A stretch of DNA of 19,626 nt from Octopus sinensis. Taxonomy: Eukaryota. Where the stretch lies: contig NW_021824209.1 of the NCBI RefSeq assembly GCF_006345805.1, positions 1 through 19,626 on the forward strand, given 5' to 3'. The number at the start of each line of letters is the position of its first letter. The first letter of the stretch is position 1. Positions 1 to 9,210 of the stretch are shown here, one piece after another. Made by a program: the position numbers and the translations under genes. The notes under the pieces are model-generated. The model was not told where the DNA came from, did not search any database, and saw only the letters and a list, made by a program, of their open reading frames with translations.

Positions 1-224
1 TTTATCGGTTTGTTTCGAGACGCATAAATATAATGGTTATTGACAATTTTGTCCTTTTTCGGCATATTTGGCATGGAATTTTTCTTTTGCCCTTATTTTG
101 TAAGTTATTTTAATAATTACCTTTAAAGGTATTTTTTGATATGCTGGCCATTGATAAAAATTTTTTTCGAAAAACATTTTATCCTACATTAGTTGTATAT
201 ATATATATATATATATATGCATTA

Positions 225-299
225 GGCGGTGAGCTGGCAGAATCGTTAGCACACCGGGCGAAATGCTTAGCAGTATTTCGTCTGTTTTTACTTTCTGAG
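225..299 (+). mobile_element. 5' fragment of a tRNA-derived SINE (same head as 4231-4460), broken off just before the B box
   Basis: GGCGGTGAGCTGGCAGAATCGTTAGCACACCGGGCGAAATGCTTAGCAGTATTTCGTCTG aligns with 4231-4303. It has the A-box-like TGGCAGAATCG and ends at CTGAG, where the full copy continues TTCAAATTCC. It follows a (TA)n tract at 196-218. Confidence 0.85.
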
Positions 300-496
300 A
301 AAGGAAGGAGAGTGAGAATAAGGAACAATAATGCAAGATCCAGAGACTGTAAGCAAGAGCAAAAGAAAGAATGACATCTAGAGAATGAGAGAACAGGAAA
401 GAAAAAAATAGCAACGAGAGGAGTAAAATCAAAAGATTTCGAATGAAGATAAAAGAACGAGAGATTTAGACAATTAGAAAAAAAAGAGAGTAAACA

Positions 497-1150
497 CAGG
501 GTTGGTCAGAGAGGACGGATGTTTTTGAAAAATTCACGATATTAATTGTAGCTGCAAACGAATTTTATTGACACCAATGTGTTCGTATTGAAATAGCATT
601 TTTTAAAATCAAGTGGGAAAAACAATATCCATCATGTAGTATCTGTTTTTATTGAAGCATTTCTGAAGGCGTTCTTGAAAGTTGGCTTCCACTCTCTCTA
701 GCATTGCTTGATCAACGTGGGCGACATCCACGCGAATAGCTTCCTTCAAATCGTCCAATGTACGGAACTTATACGCATACACACGTGCCTTGAGGTTTCC
801 CCACGAGAAATAATCACACATGGACAAATCAGGAAACCTGGAACCTGAGTCGTTCATTAATGTTTTGGCAGTGTGGGTTGTCGGCCCATCCTGCTGAAAC
901 CACACACATCCAATAGGCATACATTTTCGTCGTAATTCAGGCGCAAAGAAGTTGTTTATTATCTCGATGTAACACTCGGAGTTCACAGTAACAGCATTTA
1001 CATAATTGTCCTCAAAAAATTAAGGACCAATGACAGCAGCTTTTCCAACAGCACACCAGGCCGTCATTTTTGGGCTGTGCAGTGGTCTTTCGTGCAGTTT
1101 TCTCGGATTTTCAAGAGCCAAATAAAGACATTTCTGTTGATGTCACACCA
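497..1150 (-). mobile_element. Decayed Tc1/mariner-superfamily DNA transposon (maT/rosa-like), 3' half with a probable right terminal repeat
   Basis: The minus-strand frame reads HERPLHSPKMTAWCAVG..IGP*FFED..AVTVN..Y.....FF.PEL....WFQQDG.T.HTA...PDLSMCDYF.WG.LK..VY....TLDDLKEAI, which are typical motifs of this group. A CAGGGTTGGTCAG terminus-like sequence starts at 497. The 5' part is missing and is replaced by a SINE tail from about 1156. Confidence 0.88.
609..1130 (-). pseudogene. Transposase pseudogene (C-terminal part of the DDD catalytic domain)
   Basis: Comprises ORF 609-986 plus its upstream in-frame continuation through a premature TAA (plus-strand TTA at 1020-1022, at the GP[Y]FFE position). 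The spacing between catalytic D2 (888-890) and D3 (813-815) is only 24 aa. Confidence 0.85.
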
Positions 1151-1155
1151 TGTTC

Positions 1156-1225
1156 TTTGCTCGATTAAGGTGATGCTCCAGCATGGCCGCAGTCAAATGA
1201 GTGAAATAAGTAAAAGAATAAAGAA
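1156..1225 (+). mobile_element. 5'-truncated 3' tail of the SINE family seen at 2080-2489
   Basis: TTTGCTCGATTAAGGTGATGCTCCAGCATGGCCGCAGTCAAATGAGTGAAATAAGTAAAAG matches 2406-2466. An (AT)n tract follows at 1228-1275. Confidence 0.85.
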
Positions 1226-1227
1226 TG

Positions 1228-1265
<38 letters not shown>

Positions 1266-2079
1266 ATATATATATTAGTGTACTTTATACCACTTGTACC
1301 TAGGTTTCGAAATTATTTATTTGTTCATTAATGTTCGAAAACCTATGTGAAGTAATAATACTGAAAATGAATTTATTTTTCATCCCCTTCGAAATCACTC
1401 ATAACTGTGGTTCGGCTTTATTGCTCCTTTAGCATGTAAGGTGTCCTGTTAGGTCACCTTTTTGTGTATAGTAATTTTATATGAAAATTATGTTGTCTAT
1501 TGACTATTTTATGCATGCTAGCCACTGGTAAAATTTCTATAATTTTTTCTAACCCTACATATATTTTCTTTCTCTCTTTCTCTCTCTCTCTCTACAACCC
1601 ACACAACACCATATATTATATATATATATATAATATATATTAATATATATATATATGTATGTATATCTGTATATATGTCGATACACGTTTGGTGTTTGTG
1701 TACTTTGTGTATGTGTACGGCGTATGCATGCAAATAGATGCGAGTAGGATTGACCTGTCTAAAGTCTTAGCTTCAGTAGAGGCATCACTTGATTTTTAAC
1801 ATCTCTATTAATATTTCTATTACGTGGTGCATAGCATATTTGGCCGTAGCCAAAAAACAGTAAAACGCTAAATAAAAAATATCATGATCGATTGAAGGAA
1901 AGTATCAGCATGGGTGGTAAACTCTGTGTGTACCTGGTGCAAGAGACTCACGTTGTTGCTGTATCTGTGCAAAAACCACATCAATGCTGATTGAGTTCAA
2001 GAGAAAAGACAAGCGATAACTTTGCCCGAAATCAAGTTGCACATCGTATATCCATATACACCTATACATATATATATAT

Positions 2080-2489
2080 AGGAGTGGCTGTGTGGTAAGT
2101 AGCTTGTTTACCAACCACATGGTTCCGGGTTCAGTCCCACTGCGCGGCAGCTTGGGCAAGTGTCTTCTACTATAGCCTCGGGCCGACCAAAGCCTTGTGA
2201 GTGGATTTGGTAGACGGAAACTGAAAGAAGCCCGTCGTATATATGTATATATATATATTGCGTGTTTGTGTTTGTGTGGTATGTTTTGTCCCCCTAGCAT
2301 GCTTGACAACCGATGCTCGTGTATTTATGTCCCCGTTACTTAGCGGTTCGGCAAAAGACCGTAGAATAAGTACTGGGCTTTCAAAAGAATAAGTCCCGGG
2401 TCGAGTTTGGTCGATTAAAGGCGGTGCTCTAGCATGGCCGCAGTCAAATGACTAAAACAAGTAAAAATAGTAAAAAAAAGAGTAAAGAG
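2080..2489 (+). mobile_element. Near-full-length tRNA-derived SINE with a CORE-like segment
   Basis: A box TGGCTGTGTGG (2085-2095), B box GGTTCAGTCCC (2128-2138), CORE-like CTTGGGCAAGTGTCTT (2151-2166), an internal (TA)n tract at about 2238-2258, and an A-rich GTAAAA(G)AG tail. It is flanked on both sides by (TA)n. Confidence 0.88.
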
Positions 2490-2520
<31 letters not shown>

Positions 2521-2534
2521 ATTGCATAACATGT

Positions 2535-2646
2535 GTGAAAGGTGTTTAATAAGCCATATAAGAAACACACAAAACCGTTAGATTCACGTTAGATTAGGGA
2601 ATCTAACGGTTTGTGTGTTTCTTAAATGGCTTATAACACCTTCCAC
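2535..2646. repeat. Inverted repeat (arms 2535-2585 and 2599-2646, 13-nt spacer)
   Basis: GTGAAAGGTGTTTAATAAGCCATATAAGAAACACACAAAACCGTTAGATTC is matched by the reverse complement of GAATCTAACGGTTTGTGTGTTTCTTAAATGGCTTATAACACCTTCCAC, with a few substitutions and indels. Confidence 0.95.
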
Positions 2647-2715
2647 GCTGCAATTGTTTTCGTTCCAGCACACGATCTCAGATCAAGTCACTCGCTATGC
2701 ATGTACATCTCCGTA

Positions 2716-2748
<33 letters not shown>

Positions 2749-2794
2749 ATATATAGAGAGAGAAGAGAAGAGAGAGAGAGAGAGGTGTATTTAT

Positions 2795-3005
2795 ATACAC
2801 GTGACCGCGTGTGTTTCGTTGGAGATTTTCTTTCTCCGGCTTCCCTTCCTTGGACCTTTCCTTATTCTATGTTTTTGACGAAGAGCTCCGCTCGAAACGT
2901 TACATTCTCCTTCTTTCTTTCCGTTCCTGAGCGTCCAATAACACTATGTTTGTTCCACGTCCTCGCGTTGTTGTGTTTTCTGTTTGTTCATGTTTGGATT
3001 AACTA
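2795..3005 (+). mobile_element. CT-rich interspersed repeat with a hammerhead-like motif; possible Penelope-like pseudo-LTR remnant
   Basis: It begins with CACGTGACC (also present at 15340) and contains TTGACGA-A-GAGC-TCC-GCTC-GAAACGTT (2875-2901). The link to Penelope-like elements rests on the known occurrence of minimal hammerheads in their pseudo-LTRs. No coding sequence is present here. Confidence 0.5.
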
Positions 3006-3332
3006 TATATTATATATATCCATATTGTTTCCTATATTAAACATCTAGGGTTCTCATCTGTTGACTATCTCACTCTCTCTCTCTGTTTATCAATGTATAA
3101 ATCCATCTATCTATCCCTCTCTAAGTATGCGTTGTATCGCACGTTCGACGTACGATATAACCGGATAATAATAATGTTCTCGGAAATCATTCTACTCAAG
3201 ATACTGGTAATAATTGTCAACAAACGCAACTCTCGGCTTTACACTGCGTTGAAGGCTCTGTTTATGTACATTTATATTGTGGAACAGTCCTTTAGAAGCC
3301 AGCCAATAGGGTGTTCTACACAACAGTATGTT

Positions 3333-3917
3333 ATGTATATATATATATTATATATATATAATATATAATATATTTATATTATTCTATTTTATATTATATC
3401 ATATTATATTATATAAATACGTGAAGGCACACATACACACTCAGACACAGAGAAACACACACAGAGAAACACACACGGACACTCACACAAACACTATATA
3501 TGTATATGTGTGTGTGTGTGTATATATTATATATCTATATAGTATATAGTATAATATTATATATATGTATATATATAGTTAACTTGATAAAAAGTTTATA
3601 AATACTCGAGAGAGCAGGATATAATTTTATTTTTTGCGATAATGGTTCTTGAAGCACATCACATACAGCTATAAAGAATAGCATGCAAATGTTGGGCAGA
3701 AAAGCTGTTTTTGATAGAAAAAATCGGATGGTATTTTTACAGAAGTAGGTTCATGATCTAAGGTTAGCCCACAGTTTGTTTTTGCAAAAGGCGCTTTCAA
3801 CCCAGTATTTCAATGCTATTTTTTAGCTGTCTATGATGTGTCTCGAGAACCATTATTCCAAAAAAAGTTTTACACACACACACACACACACACTCACACA
3901 CACACACACACACACGC

Positions 3918-3949
<32 letters not shown>

Positions 3950-4130
3950 CTGTATGTATTTATGTGTGTGTGTATGTGTATGTATACATTATATATGTAT
4001 GCATGTATGTATGTATGTACGTAGGTACGTATGTAGGTTGGTAGGTAGTAAGGTAGGTAGTTAGGTATGTATGTAGGTATGTATGTAGGTAAGTAGGTAG
4101 GTAGGTAGGTAGGTGTTGGTAAGTAGGTAT
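3333..4130. repeat. Compound microsatellite clusters: (AT)n/(TATTA)n/(CA)n at 3333-3580 and (CA)n(TA)n(TG)n(TATG)n(GTAG)n at 3871-4130
   Basis: Directly visible simple repeats, separated by a unique spacer at about 3580-3870. Confidence 0.9.
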
Positions 4131-4230
4131 ATCCGTTTAGGTCCCTTAATCGCTTTGCTACAAACTCAGAGCAGAATATTTCGATGGAAAAATTAACTTT
4201 CCCGGGTTTAGTCTAGCAGAAAATGTTGAG

Positions 4231-4644
4231 GGCGTCGAGCTGGCAGAAACGTTAGCACGCCGGGTGAAATGCTTAGCGGTATTTCGTCTGCGTTACGTTG
4301 TGAGTTCAAATTCCGCCGGGGTCGACTTTGCCTTTCATCCTTTCGGGGTCGATAAATTAAGTACCACTTACGCACTGGGGTCGATGTAGTCGACTTAATA
4401 CCTATGTCTGTCCTTGTTTGTCCTCTGTGTGTTTAGCCCCTTGTGGGTAGTAAAGAAATAGGTATTTCGTCTGCCGCTACGTTCTGAGTTCAAATTCCGC
4501 CGAGGTCGACTTTGCCTTTCATCCTTTCGGGGTCGATTAAATGAGTACCAGTAACGCACTGGGGTCGATATAATCGACTTAATCCGTTTGTCTGTCCTTG
4601 TCTGTCCTCTCTGTGTTTAGCCCCTTGTTGGTAATAAAGAAATA
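4231..4644 (+). mobile_element. Head-to-tail dimeric tRNA-derived SINE (unit 1 at 4231-4460; 5'-truncated unit 2 at 4461-4644)
   Basis: A box TGGCAGAAACG (4241-4251) and B boxes GTTCAAATTC (4304-4313 and 4488-4497). The central domain GTCGACTTTGCCTTTCATCCTTTCGGGGTCGAT..AAGTACC occurs twice. An identical 12-bp flank AGAAAATGTTGA lies at 4218-4229 and 4645-4656. Confidence 0.93.
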
Positions 4645-4850
4645 AGAAAATGTTGATTTCCTTCCTGCAGAAATGCCCGTTGCTTCTATTCTCAGAGATC
4701 CACGAACGTAATCGCACATGTGTTGAAGACTGCATTTAAGTGCTCCAAAAGTTGCTGATTCCCTATTCCTGATTCAGCCCTGGCACATCTAAAGGACTAC
4801 ACTAGCAGTTTTGCATGAGTAGAACATCAGTAGCATTGTGGTCCTTTGTT

Positions 4851-5020
4851 CTGCTAAACATAACAACTACATCTCACTCTAAGCGCATCCTTCTATTTTT
4901 AGAAAATGACACTTTTGATAATGTCGTGAAAGATACACTGCTCTTGAAAAGTAGGATGGTCAGGACTTGAACGTTTTTGACCATAAGTCTGTTTGATTGG
5001 AGCCGACTTGGGCTAAACAG
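4851..5020 (+). repeat. Degenerate interspersed repeat, probably a retroposon 3' end
   Basis: It shows weak in-window similarity: GCTAAACATAACAACTACATCT resembles GCTAGAAATAGAAACTAAATCT near 17433, and TGGAGCCGACTTGGGCTAAACA resembles TAGGAGCTGAGCCGGGGCTAGAGACAAC near 19592. It also resembles an octopus repeat I recall, but I have not verified that. Confidence 0.35.
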
Positions 5021-5155
5021 AAAGAATGACATCAGAATATCTCATTCCGGTTTACAATCGCGGCAAAGACATCGAATTTGGCTTAAGGATGAAAGAAAAG
5101 TAACAAAACCTGCATCTCACAAAAACAATATTTGGGTGCAGGGAAAAACAGTACC

Positions 5156-5247
5156 ACACACACATACACACACACACACACACACAAGCACGCACACACA
5201 CACACACACAGTCACACACATCTGTATATATGCATGTACATATATAT

Positions 5248-5284
<37 letters not shown>

Positions 5285-5365
5285 TACATACACATATACA
5301 TACATATATACATACGCAAACTCACACACACATTCACGCGATTGCGAGCACACATACACGCATAT
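5156..5365. repeat. Compound (CA)n/(TA)n microsatellite
   Basis: Directly visible. Confidence 0.9.
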
Positions 5366-6167
5366 CTTGAAATCTTCATAGCATTATCTCAAGATGAGGG
5401 CGGTGTAATCTGGCAAAATATCTCTTGATCTCTGACTTATCATAGGATTAGTAAGTTAGCAGATCTGCCATACGATTTTATAGTGAGAAATGTCTTTTCC
5501 GAATCATTTATCTTTAATATATAGCAAGATCGATTACTAGTTCTCTTACTTCAGCAACAACATCAACAACAACAAACACAACAACAGCGCCACGAAAACA
5601 AATAACAATATCTCTCCGTTAAAAATATCGGCTAGAATAAAAGAGCCATTTTGTCTTGTTTTTATTTACTAAGTCTTTTGTTAGGTTAGTAGACGTAAAG
5701 GATATTGCAAAGTCTGAAATCCGTAGGCATTTCACCTGCATTGCCATTTACCGGAATTCTTTGTGAAGAATTGTTCAAACAGGATATTGTGTTGAATAAG
5801 TACGCTTTTTAAAATCTCTGTAAAGGATTGTCATGCTGAGCAGTTAAGAAGACAAGAGTAGTGGTGTTAGCTGTCCTGAGCTTATATGTTGTAATAATCA
5901 AGAAAATTAACCCTTTCATCACTAAACTTATCTATTAAAAGGGAAAACAAAATTCTATTTGAGAATATGGGACATAGTTTACTGACAAATAGACAAAATA
6001 CGATGAAAGTACGAATTGCACTGAAATCAAATAAATTCTTTTTTTAAGATATTCCCTTCTTTATCTCCTCATATGTATCTACTTACGAGGTTGGTTGTCA
6101 GTCTATCTATCTAGCTAGCTAGCTAGGTACGTACAAAAACAAAAAAACCTACCGTATTAATGCCATT

Positions 6168-6186
6168 GATAATAATAGTGATGATA

Positions 6187-6252
<66 letters not shown>
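6168..6252. repeat. (AAT)n array, which is also the (ATT)n tail of the adjacent minus-strand SINE
   Basis: A near-perfect AAT run that abuts the SINE 3' end at 6251. Confidence 0.92.
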
Positions 6253-6363
6253 GCCTTTCCTCTAAAGGTACAAGGCCTGAAATTTTGTGAGAAGGGATTA
6301 GTCGATTAGATCGACCCCAGCGTTTCACTGGTACTTATTTTATCGTCTCCGAGAAGATATAAG
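6251..6363 (-). mobile_element. 5'-truncated SINE (central domain plus alternative tail), minus strand
   Basis: The reverse complement reads GATAAAATAAGTACCAGTGAAACGCTGGGGTCGATCTAATCGACTAATCCCTTCTCACAAAATTTCAGGCCTTGTACC. The core matches 4351-4396 and the tail matches 16211-16241. Confidence 0.85.
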
Positions 6364-6365
6364 AT

Positions 6366-6429
6366 TAATAATAATAATAACAACAACAACAACAACATCA
6401 TCATCAACAACAACAACAACAACAACAAC

Positions 6430-6484
<55 letters not shown>
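6366..6484. repeat. (AAT)n(AAC)n(AAT)n array on the 5' flank of the retrotransposon
   Basis: Directly visible. Confidence 0.92.
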
Positions 6485-6486
<2 letters not shown>

Positions 6487-9003
6487 CCAAATTAAACAAA
6501 CAGTAACGGATAAAAACAACGAAGCTGCAGCTAAAGAAGATAATACAGAGGAAATAATTATAGACCAGCTCAGGGCTGATAAAAACGCAGTAAGGATTGA
6601 AAGAGTTAGTATAATTGATAGGCAAATTGAAATACTCACTGAACCAATCATAAACACTCAGACAGATGAACATTAAATAGATGAAGAAAGTCACACAAAC
6701 ATTGACCCAACAGAACTACATGAGCTAAAGAATCAAATCATGATTGAATGGCTGAAAATTAAAGAAACCAGTATGGATGAACGCGATACACTCCCTAAAA
6801 TCCGAAACTCTAACCAAAACATGAAAATAATTGGTAAACTCTGCCTTGCACTTAAGGATATAATTTCAGCTAATGATGTTAATATCACAGATCTCAACTA
6901 CCTGTACTATGCATCCGCGAAAATCTCAACGATTCTATGTGGTGAAAAGATTAGAAAACGGCAACATTCCCACAAAAAGCCTTCTTGGCAAGAGCGTAAC
7001 CAACAACAAATTAAACTACTTAGGTCTGACATTGAATGATTGAAAAACCTTAAGGTTGACAAGACTACCAAACCTACAAACACCCCACAATTAAAGAAAC
7101 AATATAATATGAAAACTATACTTGATATTGATGCCACCATAGAAACCATCAAGCAAAAGGTATCAGCTAAAGCTGCCCGCATAGCGAGGTATGAAAAGCG
7201 TGTTAGATTCTTCAAGGACAACAGCATGTTCAAAAATAACCCCAAAAAATTTTACAGGAAGATAGAGAAAACACCAGTTACTGTAAAGTCTGTACCATCA
7301 AAAGAAGTGCAGGGATTTTGGAATAAAATTTGGGCAGAAGAAAAAACACACAACGAAAAGGCCCCTTGGATTGATAGAATATCTACGGACTTGTACTCCT
7401 TAGAGGAGCAAAAGTGGGAGGGTGTCAAGGTAGAAGATATAAGATCTGCTCTCAGGAGGTCAAGCAAAGGGAAGTCTCCAGGAAAGGATAAAATTCTTAA
7501 CTTCTGCTTGAATGCCTTCCCAGAGAGCCATGAACTGCTAACAGAACTTTACAATGATGTTTTGCAACACCCTAGTAGGATGCCTCCTAGGCTAGTTAAT
7601 GGTTTAACATTCCTGCTTCCAAAAAGTGAAGAAATAAATGAACCAAAAAACTATAGACCCACAACCTGCTTAATAACTATGTATAAAACGCTAACATCTG
7701 TCCTGACGGAACATACCTATAGTTTTTTAATAGACAGCAGCATATTCCCTAATGAACAGAAAGAATGTAAACGTGGATCCTATGGTTGTAAAGATCAGCT
7801 ACTCATCAATAAGATGGTCTTAGAAGATTGTCACAAACGACACAAAAACTTATCAATAGCCTGGATAGACTATAAAAAGGCTTTTGATAGCCTACCACAT
7901 AGCTAGATTAAGAAATGCCTGGAAATGTATAAAATAGCGCCTACTCAATGACGCACAGTAAGGATATAAAATGTTTGATAAAAATATAAATCATCTCATT
8001 TACATGGATGATTTAAAGCTCTTTGCAAAAAATGACCAACAACTCAAGGGCTTACTAGCGATTGTTAAACAATTCAGTGATGATATCAACATGCAATTTG
8101 GCCTCGATAAATGTGCAAAAGCTACCTTTATCAAAGGAAAAATGACAGAAACATCTAACGTTAACCTTGACCAGCAGAATGTCATAAAAGAACTAAACCC
8201 AGCGGAGAGCTACAAGTACCTAGGGGTAATTGAAGGGAACGGAATGAGGCATTCAGAGATGAAGGAAAGGATCAGGAGAGAATGCTATCGAAGAGTGAGA
8301 GCAATATTCAAGACAGAGCTGAATGCAAGAAACAGGATCGAAGCGATCAATGCTTTAGCCATACCAGTCGTGACTTACAGTTTCAATATTGTTAACTGGT
8401 TAATTACTGAAATATGTAACCTTGACAGAAAAATACGAAAACTGTTGACAATGCATAGAATGTACCACCTTAAGGCAGATATAGATCGACTTTATTTACC
8501 AAGAAAAGCGGGAGGCCATGGACTTATACAACTGGCAATAACAATGAAGGTTGCTACAATTGGCCTAGACACCTACCTGAAAAACTCTGAGGACTGGATG
8601 TTAAAACTTGTCACAAAACATGAAAAGAAGAAAGCAGCATACTCAGTAACAATTCAGGCAAAGGAATATCTAAGTGAATTCCGAATACAACAAATTTCGG
8701 AATTAGACATACAAGAAATAAGCACAGAAAAAGCAAAGCACATGAAAACCATTGATATGACTATCCCAATCGATATAAACGTATCTGTCAAGACCTACCA
8801 AAAACTGAGCAACTATAAAGATCTTGAAATAGAAATCAGCAAAATGTGGAACTTGAAGACTAAAACAATACCTGTTGGGAATGATAGCAAAAGGGACTGA
8901 TTGCTACCTAACTCAGATACTAGGAAACCCCAAAATGGCAGAAATTCAAAAGATAGTGCTCATGGGAACTGATCATATCCTACGCAAAATACTTTCTATG
9001 TAA
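6482..9003 (+). pseudogene. Disrupted single ORF of the R4/Dong-like element
   Basis: One frame runs 6482-7945 with stops at 6674-6676, 7037-7039 and 7904-7906. A frameshifting deletion occurs near 7941-7945, followed by a stop at 7959-7961. ORF 7971-8900 has a deletion at about 8750. A frameshift at about 8876 leads into GMIAKGTDCYLTQILGNPKMAEIQKIVLMGTDHILRKILSM* (stop at 9001-9003). Confidence 0.9.
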
Positions 9004-9192
9004 TCTCAAATTTTAAAACAAACATAATTTTCGTATGTTTTTTTAGACATTCTCTTGTACAACACTAAGTACAAAACCAAATATATGGCACCCTAGGCAT
9101 AACACCAACACGAACTTCCAACTTGTCTCTTGAGGTCTCTGAATGAGACTTGGAGCCAGCTTGTGCAAATGTAAAGCAAAAGTCAAACATAG
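6484..9192 (+). mobile_element. R4/Dong-clade non-LTR retrotransposon (RT plus restriction-like endonuclease), 5'-truncated and internally deleted
   Basis: Clade-typical motifs: R..LPKI, N.LYYASA, PSW..R....I..LR.DI, SPGKD, NYRPTTCL.TMYK, EQK.CKRGSYGCKDQLLINK, AWIDYKKAFDSLPHS, INHLIYMDDLKLFAK, M.FGLDKCA, SYKYLG, DIDRLYLPRK.GG.GL, IDM.IP.D.N...K..QKLS.YKDL, and IQKIVLMGT.HILRK. A 3' UTR of about 190 nt ends directly in (AAT)n. Confidence 0.92.
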
Positions 9193-9210
9193 AATAATAA
9201 TAATAATAAT

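Noticed and set aside
2080-2145. tRNA-like A and B boxes as real tRNA genes (also at 4231-4315)
   Set aside because: I could not see a complete cloverleaf, and both run on into SINE body and tail sequence.
1905-2309. 134-aa minus-strand ORF (and 4490-4735)
   Set aside because: Largely the antisense reading of SINE sequence, with no recognisable domain.
4657-4770. Strong-looking splice acceptor TTTCCTTCCTGCAG next to the SINE insertion
   Set aside because: All three downstream frames stop within 30 codons, there is no convincing donor and no recognisable peptide. It cannot be supported without RNA-seq.
6340-7467. Minus-strand ORFs 6340-6657, 6404-6694, 6907-7245 and 7252-7467 (also 8000-8185)
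   Set aside because: They are antisense shadows of the retrotransposon frame and of the (AAT)n array.
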